This document shows positions 28,371 to 38,673 of a stretch of 64,000 nt of DNA, in pieces. Both the position numbers and the translations under genes were made by a program. Under the pieces are notes generated by a model. It saw nothing but the letters and a program-made list of their open reading frames with translations. It made no database searches and had not been told where the DNA came from. How positions within the stretch are numbered: the first letter of the stretch is position 1; each line of letters starts with the position of its first letter. This DNA is from Candidatus Omnitrophota bacterium. GTDB taxonomy: Bacteria > Omnitrophota > Gorgyraeia > Zapsychrales > JBAZNR01. Location of the stretch: assembly GCA_041649175.1 (NCBI GenBank), contig JBAZNR010000001.1, positions 7,461 through 71,460 on the forward strand, written 5' to 3'.

Positions 28371-30680
28371 CTAATCCAATAATTTTAAGTTTTTCTTAAG
28401 CTCTTGGCTGGCAGGATCGATCTTTAGGCCTTTTTGGAACTCTTCCTTGGCTTCCTTGATTCTTCCTTCTTTGTGATACTTTATCCCGCGCTCATTGTGT
28501 ACTCTAACCAAATCTTTCTTTGTTAAAAGCAATAACTCTTTGACCTCGGGAGGAAAATCTGAGTCTTTGCCTTCCAAAATAATATCGGCGATCTCAACAA
28601 GCTCGGAAAAACTCTTCGGAGAAAGATGATAACCACGCATTAAAGCCTCAAGCGCCCTATTATACTGCTTTGTTTTTGCAAGCACCCGCGCTAACATAAA
28701 AAATGCTTTTGAGTTTTTTGGATTTCTTTTCGTGAGCAGATCATACTGCTTAACGGCATTCCCCGGGTCATTGAGCTTCTCATAAGCTAATCCTAAATTT
28801 ATGCGTGTCTCATAATCCCCTTGGGCAAACATGGCCGCAATGCGAAAATTCTCAAAGGCCTTTTTATTGTCATCTTTCTTGCCATAAATCTTTCCCATCA
28901 ACTTATAAGGCTCAATGTAAGCCGGAGAAACCTTAAGCGTTTCTTCAATTTCTTTAAAAGCGGCTTTATCAAACCCCAGAGACTCTAATGTGAACGCACG
29001 ATTAAGATGCTGGTAAGGAACAACCGCGCGCGACCCTAAACGCAAAAGATCCATTTCTTTCGTTTTCCACCGGTTAAGATCAATGCGGAATTTATTAATA
29101 ACGGATTTATTTTCGGAGGTATTTTTAAGAAAAATAACCGCGTCATAATCAAAATAGACCAAGGCCCAGTCGGGATTTTTATAAAAGAACGATAATGTCT
29201 TCTCGTTGATCGGTTCATGCGTAGAATTTAAAAGCGCCCCTGTTAAATTGTAACGGCCCACCGCCTGTTTTAGCAGAGCCTCATCACCCTCTTTCCACAT
29301 TTTCTGATAATCCTTAAAGAATGCCGCGCCATAAACTTCCGTTCTTCCGTCTATAAAAACCTTTATATTTGGAAAACACCTTCCGATCAAATATGCCCCG
29401 GAATTAAAATCATTAAAGAAATTTCCCTTGATCTTATTGGCGATAAGAAAATCCGCCGCCTTATCCGGATAATTTCTTTGGGTGATCCCTCCAAATTCAC
29501 TTTTAAGCTCATATTTTTCAAAATCAAAATACGTACGCGCCGAAAGAGACAACCCATAGCTAACCATCCACAATATAAGAACGATCTTGGCTAAGCTGCT
29601 CGTTAAATGTTGAAATTTCGGATGCGTAAATCTCAAAGGAATAACACTAGAAAGCGAAATACTAGAAAAATTAGTCATGCAAACTAAGTAAGCGACAAAA
29701 GAGAAAAAGACCAGATTTCGCACAGCTACTAAAGAAACTAAAAGAAAGATCAGCCAAATAATAAAATCACCGATATCAATTTTCCTTCTGTTGAAGATAA
29801 AGCTGAACAAGGAAAGAATGATCAAAAGCTTATAATAGCCGTAATGTCCCAGCGAGAAAACATTCTCAAAAGTGATCGGAGGTTTTAACTCCTGAATATA
29901 TTTAAAGAATATTTTAGAGTCTCCTCCTAAATTACTTAGAACACCGATCGGATACCAAGCGCCTTTAAAAGTCAAAGGATTAACAAATGATGCCAGGATC
30001 ACAAGCCCAAAAATCCATTGCAGCCGTTTATATTCATCGTTGGTCAAGCGGCCAGTCGTATTCCACTCCCAAGGCAATTTAACATAGCGTTTTAGCATTT
30101 CCGCGCCTAGGCCTACCAAAACGATAAACGGCCCAAAAAAGAAGAATCCGTGAAAATTGGTCCATAAAAGCTGAACGAAAAATAGCAGGTAAACCGACCA
30201 GCGTTTATCAATATGCAGCGCGAGAACATAAATATACAAAGCAAAGAAAAGCAGGCTAAAAATATCAGGGCGTATGGTAAAACGCATTTGATAGATCAGC
30301 ATGCTCAGTAATAAAAGAAAAACGATACCGCTTTGTCTTTCCTTGCTGTAGCCTAAGAAAAGCAAGATCAAAAAGGTCAAGACAACCACAACCACCTGCA
30401 TGGAAATAAGGCCTTCCGCTCCCCAGGAGTTGAAAAATAAATACGCAATGACTTGAAATAACCACTCGTGATTAACCCACGGTTTCCCGGCGATAGAACA
30501 AGACAGGACATCCACATCCGGCACATATTGATGGTGGACAATAAATTCCCCCATCTTTAAATGGAGCCAAAGGTCAAAATCCTTTATTTCAAGATTAGCG
30601 GCAAAAACCACTAATCCAAGAAAAGCGCCAATAGCCGCCAACCCTAAAACATAGCTCAGTTTCTTGAACACTGATTCCAT
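28371..30680 (-). CDS. Large polytopic membrane protein with C-terminal TPR repeats (possible GT-C/PMT-like or polymerase-type membrane domain)
   Basis: 769 aa. About 11-12 predicted TM helices in the first ~400 aa. C-terminal ~250 aa with at least 4 TPR-like repeats (KAFENFRIAAMFAQGDYETRINLGLAYEKLNDPGNAVKQY...). Confidence 0.6.
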   Translation of the reverse strand: MESVFKKLSYVLGLAAIGAFLGLVVFAANLEIKDFDLWLHLKMGEFIVHHQYVPDVDVLSCSIAGKPWVNHEWLFQVIAYLFFNSWGAEGLISMQVVVVVLTFLILLFLGYSKERQSGIVFLLLLSMLIYQMRFTIRPDIFSLLFFALYIYVLALHIDKRWSVYLLFFVQLLWTNFHGFFFFGPFIVLVGLGAEMLKRYVKLPWEWNTTGRLTNDEYKRLQWIFGLVILASFVNPLTFKGAWYPIGVLSNLGGDSKIFFKYIQELKPPITFENVFSLGHYGYYKLLIILSLFSFIFNRRKIDIGDFIIWLIFLLVSLVAVRNLVFFSFVAYLVCMTNFSSISLSSVIPLRFTHPKFQHLTSSLAKIVLILWMVSYGLSLSARTYFDFEKYELKSEFGGITQRNYPDKAADFLIANKIKGNFFNDFNSGAYLIGRCFPNIKVFIDGRTEVYGAAFFKDYQKMWKEGDEALLKQAVGRYNLTGALLNSTHEPINEKTLSFFYKNPDWALVYFDYDAVIFLKNTSENKSVINKFRIDLNRWKTKEMDLLRLGSRAVVPYQHLNRAFTLESLGFDKAAFKEIEETLKVSPAYIEPYKLMGKIYGKKDDNKKAFENFRIAAMFAQGDYETRINLGLAYEKLNDPGNAVKQYDLLTKRNPKNSKAFFMLARVLAKTKQYNRALEALMRGYHLSPKSFSELVEIADIILEGKDSDFPPEVKELLLLTKKDLVRVHNERGIKYHKEGRIKEAKEEFQKGLKIDPASQELKKNLKLLD

Positions 30681-31564
30681 TAACAGCCTCCCTTAGGAAC
30701 ATCACGGACAAAATGCCCTTTTGTTTTCTCGATCAAATCTCCCTGATGAAAAATAGCGCCTTCTGATCTATCATCTGATGTTTTATATTCGGTCGCTGCC
30801 AATAATAATTTCTTCGTATACGGATGAAGCGGATTGTTAAACAGCTCTTGTGCTAACGCCAATTCAACAATAGTTCCCCTGTGCATCACGGCAATATGCG
30901 TGCCTATTTTTCTGGCAACGCGCAAATTATGAGAAATAAAAATATAGGTCGTATTAAATTTCTTCTGTAGTTCAAGAAGTAAATTGATGATCTGATTTTG
31001 CACTAAGATATCCAGCGATGAAACAGCTTCGTCTAAGATCAATAGCTTCGGATTATTAATTAACCCGCGCGCGATAGCGATCCTTTGCCTTTCACCGCCG
31101 CTAAACTCATGTGGAAAGCGGTTAAGAATATCCGCAGGCAACGCGACTTGTGTAAGAAGATCCCTGATCCTGCCTTCTTTCTCGCTTTTTTTCATTCTAT
31201 CAAAGATCATCGCCTCGCCGATAATATTTTTTACGATAAATCTTGGGTCAAGGCTGCTAAAGGGGTCTTGAAAAACCATTTGGATATTTTTACGTAAAGA
31301 ACGTATTTGTCCTGAAGAAAGACCTGTTATGTCCGTCCCGTCAAATATAACTTGTCCGCTATCGACAGGTAATAATTTTAAAATAACACGCCCAAGGGTT
31401 GTTTTTCCACAGCCGGATTCGCCCACCAGGCTTAAATTTTCTCCGCTTTTGATGGATAAGCTTACGCCGTCAACAGCCCGGACAACATTTTTCATCCTAT
31501 GGCGCTCGGGAAAATATTTCTTTATATTTTTTAGCTCTAATAACATTTCAGCCTTTTGAAGCAT
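30680..31564 (-). CDS. Oligopeptide/dipeptide ABC transporter ATP-binding protein (OppF/DppF-like)
   Basis: Walker A GESGCGKTT, signature LSGGERQRIAIA, Walker B LLILDEAVSSLD, and a C-terminal oligopeptide-transporter extension. Confidence 0.85.
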   Translation of the reverse strand: MLQKAEMLLELKNIKKYFPERHRMKNVVRAVDGVSLSIKSGENLSLVGESGCGKTTLGRVILKLLPVDSGQVIFDGTDITGLSSGQIRSLRKNIQMVFQDPFSSLDPRFIVKNIIGEAMIFDRMKKSEKEGRIRDLLTQVALPADILNRFPHEFSGGERQRIAIARGLINNPKLLILDEAVSSLDILVQNQIINLLLELQKKFNTTYIFISHNLRVARKIGTHIAVMHRGTIVELALAQELFNNPLHPYTKKLLLAATEYKTSDDRSEGAIFHQGDLIEKTKGHFVRDVPKGGC

Positions 31565-32333
31565 TGATCAATTCGCACGTTAGAGGATGTTTCGCCGAAG
31601 AAAGAATATCTTTAGCGCAACCCTCTTCGACGATCCTTCCGTCATACAAAACTCCCACACGGTCACAAAAATGCTCCACCATCCCTAAGTCATGCGTAAT
31701 AAGCAAAATAGATGTTTTAAATTCATTTTTAAGATCTCTGAACAACTCAATGATATGCGCTTGCAAAGTGACATCTAAGCTGCTGGTCGGCTCATCAGCA
31801 ATAATAAGTTTTGGGCTGCCCGCGATCGCCTGCGCGATCATAGCTCTCTGGCGCAAACCTCCGCTTAACTGATGCGGATAACTACGCGCGATCCTTTGCG
31901 GCTCGGTAATTCCCACCCGGTTTAGAAGCTGATGAACTTTTTCTCTTCTTTGCCGGCCGGGCATCGGTTCATGAAAACGTAAAACTTCTTCGATCTGAAA
32001 TCCGATGGTAAAAACCGGATTAAACGCGTTTAAAGGATCTTGAAATACAACGCCGATTTCTTTGCCGCGTATTTTTCGCATTTCCCGTAAAGAAGCCGCT
32101 AAAAGATCTTTTCCGTTAAAGATAATGCGTCCGCTGTCAATACGCATGGCCGGCGATAACAATTGTAAAATAGATAACCCGGCTGTCGTTTTTCCGCTGC
32201 CGGATCCCCCGACAAGAGCAACTGTTTCAAAGTTTTTAATTTCAAAATTAAAATCCTTTAACAGTTCTCGATCATTATCTTTTTCTTGAATAGAAATTGA
32301 TAAGTTTTCTATTTTTAATAACGGTTCACTCAT
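31548..32333 (-). CDS. Oligopeptide/dipeptide ABC transporter ATP-binding protein (OppD/DppD-like)
   Basis: Walker A GGSGSGKTT, signature LSGGLRQRAMIA, Walker B LIIADEPTSSLD. Confidence 0.85.
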   Translation of the reverse strand: MSEPLLKIENLSISIQEKDNDRELLKDFNFEIKNFETVALVGGSGSGKTTAGLSILQLLSPAMRIDSGRIIFNGKDLLAASLREMRKIRGKEIGVVFQDPLNAFNPVFTIGFQIEEVLRFHEPMPGRQRREKVHQLLNRVGITEPQRIARSYPHQLSGGLRQRAMIAQAIAGSPKLIIADEPTSSLDVTLQAHIIELFRDLKNEFKTSILLITHDLGMVEHFCDRVGVLYDGRIVEEGCAKDILSSAKHPLTCELINASKG

Positions 32334-33440
32334 TTATGACCTTACCTCTGATTTCAACAGCGGATCAAGGCAATCGCGCAAACAATCGCCGATCACGTTA
32401 AAGCACATGACCGTCACAAAAATAAGCGCTCCGGGAATAAGAACCCAAGGAGCAAATTTCACCGCCGCAATGTTCATCGCGTCAGAAAGCAAATTCCCCC
32501 AGCTGGCAAAAGGGTCTTGAATCCCTAAACCTAAAAGGCTTAGCGCTGATTCCCCTAAAATATATCCCGGAATAGAAAGCATAACCGCCACAATGGAATA
32601 AGAAAGCGTGTGCGGTAAAATATGACGAACAATGATAGCAAGATCTGACAGCCCCATCGCCTTCGCGGCCAAAACATATTCGCGCTCTTTAAGCGAGATG
32701 CTCATACCCCGAATAACCCTGGCCAAACTTGCCCAGCCGATAAAAGAAAATATGACAATAATCAGCAAATAGATTTGCACCGAACTTAAATTAGCCGGAA
32801 AAGCAGCGCGCAGCGCCAACATCAGATAAAATCCGGGAACCATCATGAACATTTCGCATACACGCATCAAGATATTATCAATTCTTCCGCCGTAATATCC
32901 GGCTGTCGCCCCGACGAGAAGCCCAACAAAAAACGAGATCGTAACGCCGATAAGCCCGATAGATAAAGAGATCCTGGCCCCAAAAAGAATTCTTGAAAAA
33001 AGATCTCTTCCGCGCGAGTCAGCTCCCCAAAGATGAATTCGCCCAGGAGCATCCACTCCAAAAAGATGACGATCGGCCGGAAATAACCCTAATAATTTAT
33101 ACGCGTCGCCTTTGACAAAGAATTTAAGAGGATATTTCTGGTTGGAATCTGTTTTATAAACTCTTTTGTGAAATTCATCAAACGTCATATAAACACCTAA
33201 CACATACGGATGAATTGATTTTTTCTCGTGGCGGGCATCTATCAGTTTGATTTCCATCGGTGGACAATACGAATAGTTGCGGTCTTCATTACTAAATGAA
33301 TACGGCGAAAGAAAATCGGCAAAGATCGCTGATAGATAAAAGATCACCAAGATCCAAAAACAAACAACAGCTAGCCGATTTTCTTTAAAATGGCCTAAGG
33401 CTATTTGAAATTGGCTTAAGCTTTTTCTTGGTTTAGTCAT
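32334..33440 (-). CDS. ABC transporter permease (OppC/DppC-like)
   Basis: Six TM helices. BPD-transport motif region ...AKAMGLSDLAIIVRHILPH... with the N-terminal extension typical of OppC. Confidence 0.85.
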   Translation of the reverse strand: MTKPRKSLSQFQIALGHFKENRLAVVCFWILVIFYLSAIFADFLSPYSFSNEDRNYSYCPPMEIKLIDARHEKKSIHPYVLGVYMTFDEFHKRVYKTDSNQKYPLKFFVKGDAYKLLGLFPADRHLFGVDAPGRIHLWGADSRGRDLFSRILFGARISLSIGLIGVTISFFVGLLVGATAGYYGGRIDNILMRVCEMFMMVPGFYLMLALRAAFPANLSSVQIYLLIIVIFSFIGWASLARVIRGMSISLKEREYVLAAKAMGLSDLAIIVRHILPHTLSYSIVAVMLSIPGYILGESALSLLGLGIQDPFASWGNLLSDAMNIAAVKFAPWVLIPGALIFVTVMCFNVIGDCLRDCLDPLLKSEVRS

Positions 33441-34398
33441 AGCGAACCCTCGGATCTGACCAGGCGAGCAGAATATCTGATAATAAATTCCCTAAAAGAA
33501 GCAAAACAGCGCCCATCATCATGCTGGCCATGACCAAATAAAGGTCTTTGGCGCGCACCGCTGTTAACATCACCGCCCCTAATCCCGGCCAGCTGCAAAT
33601 AATTTCAATTAAAGCCGCTCCGCTCAACAGGTCGAAAAGATGATATCCAAAGATCGTGATCAAAGGATTAACGGCATTGCGTAAAGCGTGAACATAAACC
33701 ACGCGATGTTCGGGCAATCCTTTAGCTCGGGCTGTTAACACATATTGCTGACGCAAACACTCCAACATATTACCGCGCATAATTCTTTGTAAGCTCGCGA
33801 TGGACGCAAGCGAGATAACGATCGTCGGAATGACAAGATGTGCCAACAGGTCAATGATTTTCCCGCCGTCAGAAAGGTCATCAAAATTGGCGCTACGCAT
33901 TCCTCCTAAGGGTAATCCTCCCCATTGGCTGGCCAGAAATAAAAGCAACATTGCCAAAAAGAAACTTGGCATGGAAAGCCCGGCAAAAGAAAAGACAGAC
34001 AATATCTTGTCCGTCAACCGATTGCGATGAACTGCCGCCCAGATCCCTAAGGGAATTGCGATCGTCCAAGTGACGATCAAACTTGCCAAGGACAAAATAA
34101 ATGTATTGAATAATCGTCCCGAAATAACGCTGGAAACCGGGCAATTATAAAAGAATGAATACCCAAAATCTAGCTTGATGAGGTTTTTTAACCAGTAGAA
34201 GTATTGCTGTAATAAAGGCTTGTCTAAATGATAAAGCGCTTCATAGCGAGCGATCGTCTCGGGAGAAACTTGAGGATTAAGTTTAAGAGAATCAAAGAAA
34301 TTTCCCGGCGTAACCTGAATGAGAACAAAGGTTAAAAAAGAGATCCCTAGAAGAAGCGGGATGGAAATTAAAATTCGTCTGAAAATATACTTAAGCAT
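33433..34398 (-). CDS. ABC transporter permease (OppB/DppB-like)
   Basis: 321 aa. MLKYIFRRILISIPLLLGISFLTFVLI and the EAA-like loop TARAKGLPEHRVVYVHALRNA. Confidence 0.85.
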   Translation of the reverse strand: MLKYIFRRILISIPLLLGISFLTFVLIQVTPGNFFDSLKLNPQVSPETIARYEALYHLDKPLLQQYFYWLKNLIKLDFGYSFFYNCPVSSVISGRLFNTFILSLASLIVTWTIAIPLGIWAAVHRNRLTDKILSVFSFAGLSMPSFFLAMLLLFLASQWGGLPLGGMRSANFDDLSDGGKIIDLLAHLVIPTIVISLASIASLQRIMRGNMLECLRQQYVLTARAKGLPEHRVVYVHALRNAVNPLITIFGYHLFDLLSGAALIEIICSWPGLGAVMLTAVRAKDLYLVMASMMMGAVLLLLGNLLSDILLAWSDPRVRYD

Positions 34399-34399
34399 C

Positions 34400-36211
34400 T
34401 TATCGGTATTCTTCCTTAATAAAAATTTCTTCTAGGTTGTGAAACGCCCCACCGAAACTAGTGGGATGCAAATTCTCAAATTTATTACGGACCGCAAAGA
34501 TATTAGCGCCAAAAACCGTATAAATAGCCGGTAATTCCCTGGAAACAATAAGCTGCCACTCGTCGTAAAGCACTTTACGTTTTGGCTCATCTAATTCTTG
34601 GACCGCTTGATTGAAAATATCATCAACTCTTTTTTCCCACGCTGATTGGGGTTGTTCTTGACGCGGATACCAAACGTGCAACTGTCCGTCGGATGCCCAA
34701 ACATTTTTTCCAAAATGAGGTTCAATGCCCCCAGTAAGCCCGATCATCACCGCGTCCCAGTCATAAGTGGAAACAAGCCGGCTGACAAGATCATTAAACT
34801 CAATGGATACAAGATTAACCTTCATCCCTAAATTTTCCAGATCATGGCGGATCATGGCCGCCATTTGAACACGATCGGTCGACCCGGAATTTGTGTACAA
34901 ATTAAATTCAACCCGGTAGCCGTTTTTGTCTTCCACGATCCCATCCCCATTCCTATCCGTAAATCCGGACTTTTCTAATATCTCTCTGGCTTTAGCAAGA
35001 TCATAATCATAACCAATCACCTTAGGATTATAAAAAAATTCCGCGCTGGGGCTTTCAGCAGAATCCTGCGGATAGCCTAAGCCATTCATCACGATATCAA
35101 TAATTCTTTTTTTATCGATCGCATGCGCCACAGCGCGACGAAATTCACGATTAGCGAACCAAGATAGCTTCTTGGGATCAACAAACATTTTTTTTGTTTT
35201 TGGATTTATGCCGTCATTTTGATTGAAAACAATAAAATTGCTCCCAAAATCAGGCCCGCTGTCATAAATAGTAAAATTTTTCTTTTTTTCTTCAGGCTTA
35301 AGCAAGGGATAATCGGCTCCGCGCAGTGAACAATAATCTACTTCTCCGTCTAAGAATTTCAAAAGAAGCGTGTCTTGGCTTTGAACGATCATATAAATGA
35401 TCTTTTCAATGAAAGGCAACTGCTCCCCTTCTAAAGATTTCCTCCAATAAAGATGATTTTTCTTCAAGATAATACGCTGTCCGGGAAGATATTCGGTTAA
35501 TTGATACGGGCCCGTGCCGACAATATCCTTTAGATCGCTATCAATGCCTAAGGCAAAGTTAAATTTATTCTCTTGAACGATTCTCTCTAACCGATGTTTG
35601 GGAAGGATTTCTTGGGACATGCCCCGCAAAAAAGGCGCAAATTTAAAAGGAAGCGTGAATTTGACCGTTAGGTCGTCAATTTTCTCAACTTTAAAAATCT
35701 TCCCGTCAATGGTAAAAGCGTCCCGGGCGGAGGTGGGAATTTTTTCATTATAGATAAGATCATTAAAGGTAAAAACAACGTCATCGGCGCTAAACGAAAC
35801 ACCGTCAGACCAAACAACGCCGGAGCGTAAATGAAATGTCCATAATAATCCGTCCGGGCTGATATCCCAGCTTTGCGCCAAATGAGGCTCAACCTTTAAT
35901 GTTACGCCATTGGTTCTGGTCAATCCTTCAAAAATATGGCTAGTAATAGCTGTTGTGGATGTTTCTTGCGCAACGATAGGATTAAACGAACGCGGGTCGG
36001 ACGTTGTGGCTAAAACCAACTGTCCGCCATACTTAGAAGGATTTTTTTCTTGTGAAAAGACAAAAGAAGGAAATGATAAAAAGAAAACAAGAATGAGAAG
36101 GAATGCGAAGCTCTTGCGTGCGCTACAAAAGCAAAATGAACATTGCTTAAGGATTTTTGGGGGCCTCGGGACTTGCCGGTTGTGGGGCCTGTTGATTTTC
36201 CGCATTAGCAT
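34400..36211 (-). CDS. Peptide ABC transporter substrate-binding protein (SBP family 5)
   Basis: Signal peptide ...FAFLLILVFFLSFPSFVFSQ, then a family-5 SBP fold. Start is uncertain: the longest ORF (to 36301) overlaps the secG 3' end; ATG at 36211 or 36205 proposed. Confidence 0.8.
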   Translation of the reverse strand: MLMRKINRPHNRQVPRPPKILKQCSFCFCSARKSFAFLLILVFFLSFPSFVFSQEKNPSKYGGQLVLATTSDPRSFNPIVAQETSTTAITSHIFEGLTRTNGVTLKVEPHLAQSWDISPDGLLWTFHLRSGVVWSDGVSFSADDVVFTFNDLIYNEKIPTSARDAFTIDGKIFKVEKIDDLTVKFTLPFKFAPFLRGMSQEILPKHRLERIVQENKFNFALGIDSDLKDIVGTGPYQLTEYLPGQRIILKKNHLYWRKSLEGEQLPFIEKIIYMIVQSQDTLLLKFLDGEVDYCSLRGADYPLLKPEEKKKNFTIYDSGPDFGSNFIVFNQNDGINPKTKKMFVDPKKLSWFANREFRRAVAHAIDKKRIIDIVMNGLGYPQDSAESPSAEFFYNPKVIGYDYDLAKAREILEKSGFTDRNGDGIVEDKNGYRVEFNLYTNSGSTDRVQMAAMIRHDLENLGMKVNLVSIEFNDLVSRLVSTYDWDAVMIGLTGGIEPHFGKNVWASDGQLHVWYPRQEQPQSAWEKRVDDIFNQAVQELDEPKRKVLYDEWQLIVSRELPAIYTVFGANIFAVRNKFENLHPTSFGGAFHNLEEIFIKEEYR

Positions 36212-36548
36212 TCTCTTGTGGTTTTTGAGTATCGCTGACGGAATTTGAGTTTGGCCCTGAAGCCGCCGCCGGAACGGCCGTGGCAGGGCTTGAAGAAACA
36301 ACAGAATTCTGAACTAAGGATTTATTTTTTTGTGAGGCAAGGAATGTCAAGCTTAAAGACGTTACAAGAAAAATGCTCGCCAAGATGGCGGTAGCTTTAA
36401 CCATAACAATGTTTGTTTTTGTTCCAAAAACAGATTCGGCCGCCGAGAAAGTATCCGTGAGCCCTCCGCCTTTGCCGGCTTGCATTAGAATCACTAACAC
36501 TAAAAGCATGCACACCAACACATGCACTCCTAAGATTAATCCAAACAT
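36147..36548 (-). CDS. secG: Preprotein translocase subunit SecG with a C-terminal low-complexity extension
   Basis: MFGLILGVHVLVCMLLVLVILMQAGKGGGL...IFLVTSLSLTF canonical SecG. Then a ~45-aa Pro/Ala/Gln/Asn-rich tail. Confidence 0.85.
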   Translation of the reverse strand: MFGLILGVHVLVCMLLVLVILMQAGKGGGLTDTFSAAESVFGTKTNIVMVKATAILASIFLVTSLSLTFLASQKNKSLVQNSVVSSSPATAVPAAASGPNSNSVSDTQKPQENANAENQQAPQPASPEAPKNP

Positions 36549-36566
36549 AACAGATCCTTCCTTTTT

Positions 36567-37334
36567 CTATTTATGAATGCCGCGAGAATTCTTAACAATA
36601 TTGGCAAATGAGGCTTCCGTTAAACTTGCCCCGCCGACTAAAGCTCCGTCGATATCTTTTTGGGAAATAAGTTCGGCCGTATTTTCCGGCTTGACACTTC
36701 CGCCGTACTGGATACGAACTTCGCTGGCAACTTTTTCGTCAAACATTTTTACTAGCAAGCTGCGAATAAACTGATGAACTTCCTGGGCTTGTGCCGGTGT
36801 CGCGGTTTTTCCCGTTCCAATAGCCCAAACCGGTTCATACGCCACAACCATTTTTGTCATTTCTTCTTTTGTAAAACCGGACAAGCCTTCTTCGCATTGA
36901 GCCTTGATAACATTAAAAGCTTGATTAGACTCACGCTCTTTTAAATTCTCACCGACACAAACGATTGGAGTAAGCCCGTGTTTTAAAACAGCCTTGATCT
37001 TCTTTTTAACATTTTCATTGGTTTCATGAAAGAATTGGCGGCGCTCGGAGTGCCCAATGATCACATATTGCACGCTAAGATCTTTGAGCATGGGCGCAGA
37101 CACTTCTCCTGTAAAAGCCCCCGAATCTTCCCAGTAAACATTTTGAGCGCCTAAAGCAATGTTGGATTCATTGAGGGCCTCTTGAGATTCTAAAAGCGCG
37201 GTAAACGGCGGGCAGACCACGATATCCACGTCGCTCACATCATAGAGTTGCCGCTTCAAGCCGTTGATAAGCTCAATGGCTTCCCGTGAGGTTTTATTCA
37301 TTTTCCAATTTCCGGCAATAATAATTTTTCTCAT
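36567..37334 (-). CDS. tpiA: Triosephosphate isomerase
   Basis: MRKIIIAGNWKMNKT...IGHSERR...AYEPVWAIGTG catalytic motifs. Confidence 0.95.
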   Translation of the reverse strand: MRKIIIAGNWKMNKTSREAIELINGLKRQLYDVSDVDIVVCPPFTALLESQEALNESNIALGAQNVYWEDSGAFTGEVSAPMLKDLSVQYVIIGHSERRQFFHETNENVKKKIKAVLKHGLTPIVCVGENLKERESNQAFNVIKAQCEEGLSGFTKEEMTKMVVAYEPVWAIGTGKTATPAQAQEVHQFIRSLLVKMFDEKVASEVRIQYGGSVKPENTAELISQKDIDGALVGGASLTEASFANIVKNSRGIHK

Positions 37335-37361
37335 TTTTTTATCTCTAATAGATTGGTTTAA

Positions 37362-38543
37362 TTACTTTTTGTCGTTCAGGGCGGCAATTCCGGGAAGTTC
37401 TTTACCTTCCAGAAATTCAAGCGACGCGCCACCACCGGTTGAAATATGCGTCATTTTATCTTCCAATTTAAATTTGCTGATGGCAGCAGCCGTATCGCCT
37501 CCGCCAATGATAGAAATAGTTCCTTTAAGATCCGCAATGTATTGCGCCACATCTCGCGTGCCTTTAGCAAAGGCATCGGTTTCAAAAATCCCTAAGGGGC
37601 CGTTCCAAACAATTGTTTTTGCTGTTGAGAGGATCTTTTTAAAGGCATTGCATGACTCGGGGCCCACATCCACCGCCAGCCAACCGTCAGGGATATCTTT
37701 CACAGTTTTTGTCGCCATTGATTCAATGCTTTGCGTAATAACATGGTCGCTCGGTAAGGCGATCGTAACATTTTTTGCTTTGGCTTTCTTTAAAATGTCC
37801 GAGGCCATGTCAACTTTATCTTTTTCTAGTTTTGAATTTCCGATCGCTATTCCCTGTGCTTTAAGGAATGTATATGCCATTCCTCCGCCGATAATGATCG
37901 CATCGGCTTTGGGTAAAAGGTTTTCGATGAGCGCGATCTTATCAGAAACCTTAGCTCCACCTAAAATAACAACAAATGGTTTTTTCGGGTTGGTTGTTGC
38001 TGAACCTAAATAATCAATTTCTTTCCCTAAAAGAAATCCGGCGGCTGAAGGCAAGTATTTGGTTATCCCTGCCGTGGAGGCGTGCGCGCGGTGCGCGGTC
38101 CCAAAAGCATCATTGATGTAAACGTCCGCCAAATTCGCAAGTTCTTTAGCAAATGCGGCATCATTTTTTTCTTCTTCTTTATGAAAACGTAAGTTCTCTA
38201 ATAAAATTATTTGCTCTGAGGATGAGTCTATTTCTTGCTTAACGGCAGTCCCAATACATTCATCGAGCTTAAGAACTTTTTTTGATAATAGCTGTTCGAG
38301 TTTGGCAACCACCGGCGTCAAACGGTATTTATCCACGACCTGCCCGTCCGGACGCCCCAAATGGCTCATAAGAATTATCTTCGCCGCGCCATTATCTAAG
38401 GCATATTTGATGGTGGGCAAGGACGCGACGATACGAGTATCGTCGGTAACTTTGAAGTCTTTATCCAAAGGAACATTGTAATCAACGCGGATAATAACCT
38501 TTTTTCCTCGAATGTTAATGTCTTTAATGGTCATTTTATTCAT
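37362..38543 (-). CDS. pgk: Phosphoglycerate kinase
   Basis: 393 aa. RVDYNVPL, ILMSHLGRP and GGGAS...GG motifs. Confidence 0.95.
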   Translation of the reverse strand: MNKMTIKDINIRGKKVIIRVDYNVPLDKDFKVTDDTRIVASLPTIKYALDNGAAKIILMSHLGRPDGQVVDKYRLTPVVAKLEQLLSKKVLKLDECIGTAVKQEIDSSSEQIILLENLRFHKEEEKNDAAFAKELANLADVYINDAFGTAHRAHASTAGITKYLPSAAGFLLGKEIDYLGSATTNPKKPFVVILGGAKVSDKIALIENLLPKADAIIIGGGMAYTFLKAQGIAIGNSKLEKDKVDMASDILKKAKAKNVTIALPSDHVITQSIESMATKTVKDIPDGWLAVDVGPESCNAFKKILSTAKTIVWNGPLGIFETDAFAKGTRDVAQYIADLKGTISIIGGGDTAAAISKFKLEDKMTHISTGGGASLEFLEGKELPGIAALNDKK

Positions 38544-38608
38544 CTGCAGGCCCTCTTTCGCTCGTAACTTCCAAATTGCTTATTTTGTAAAGATCTAAAA
38601 TTCTTTCT

Positions 38609-38636
38609 ATTATATCTAAAGCGATTTTTTTGTCAA
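38609..38636 (-). promoter_or_regulatory. Sigma70-like promoter for the pgk-tpiA-secG operon
   Basis: Minus strand: TTGACA (38636-38631), 16-nt spacer, TATAAT (38614-38609). About 65 nt upstream of the pgk ATG. Confidence 0.45.
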
Positions 38637-38673
38637 TGAGAAGCAGCCCGGCGCATGCACCAAAACCAGCATC

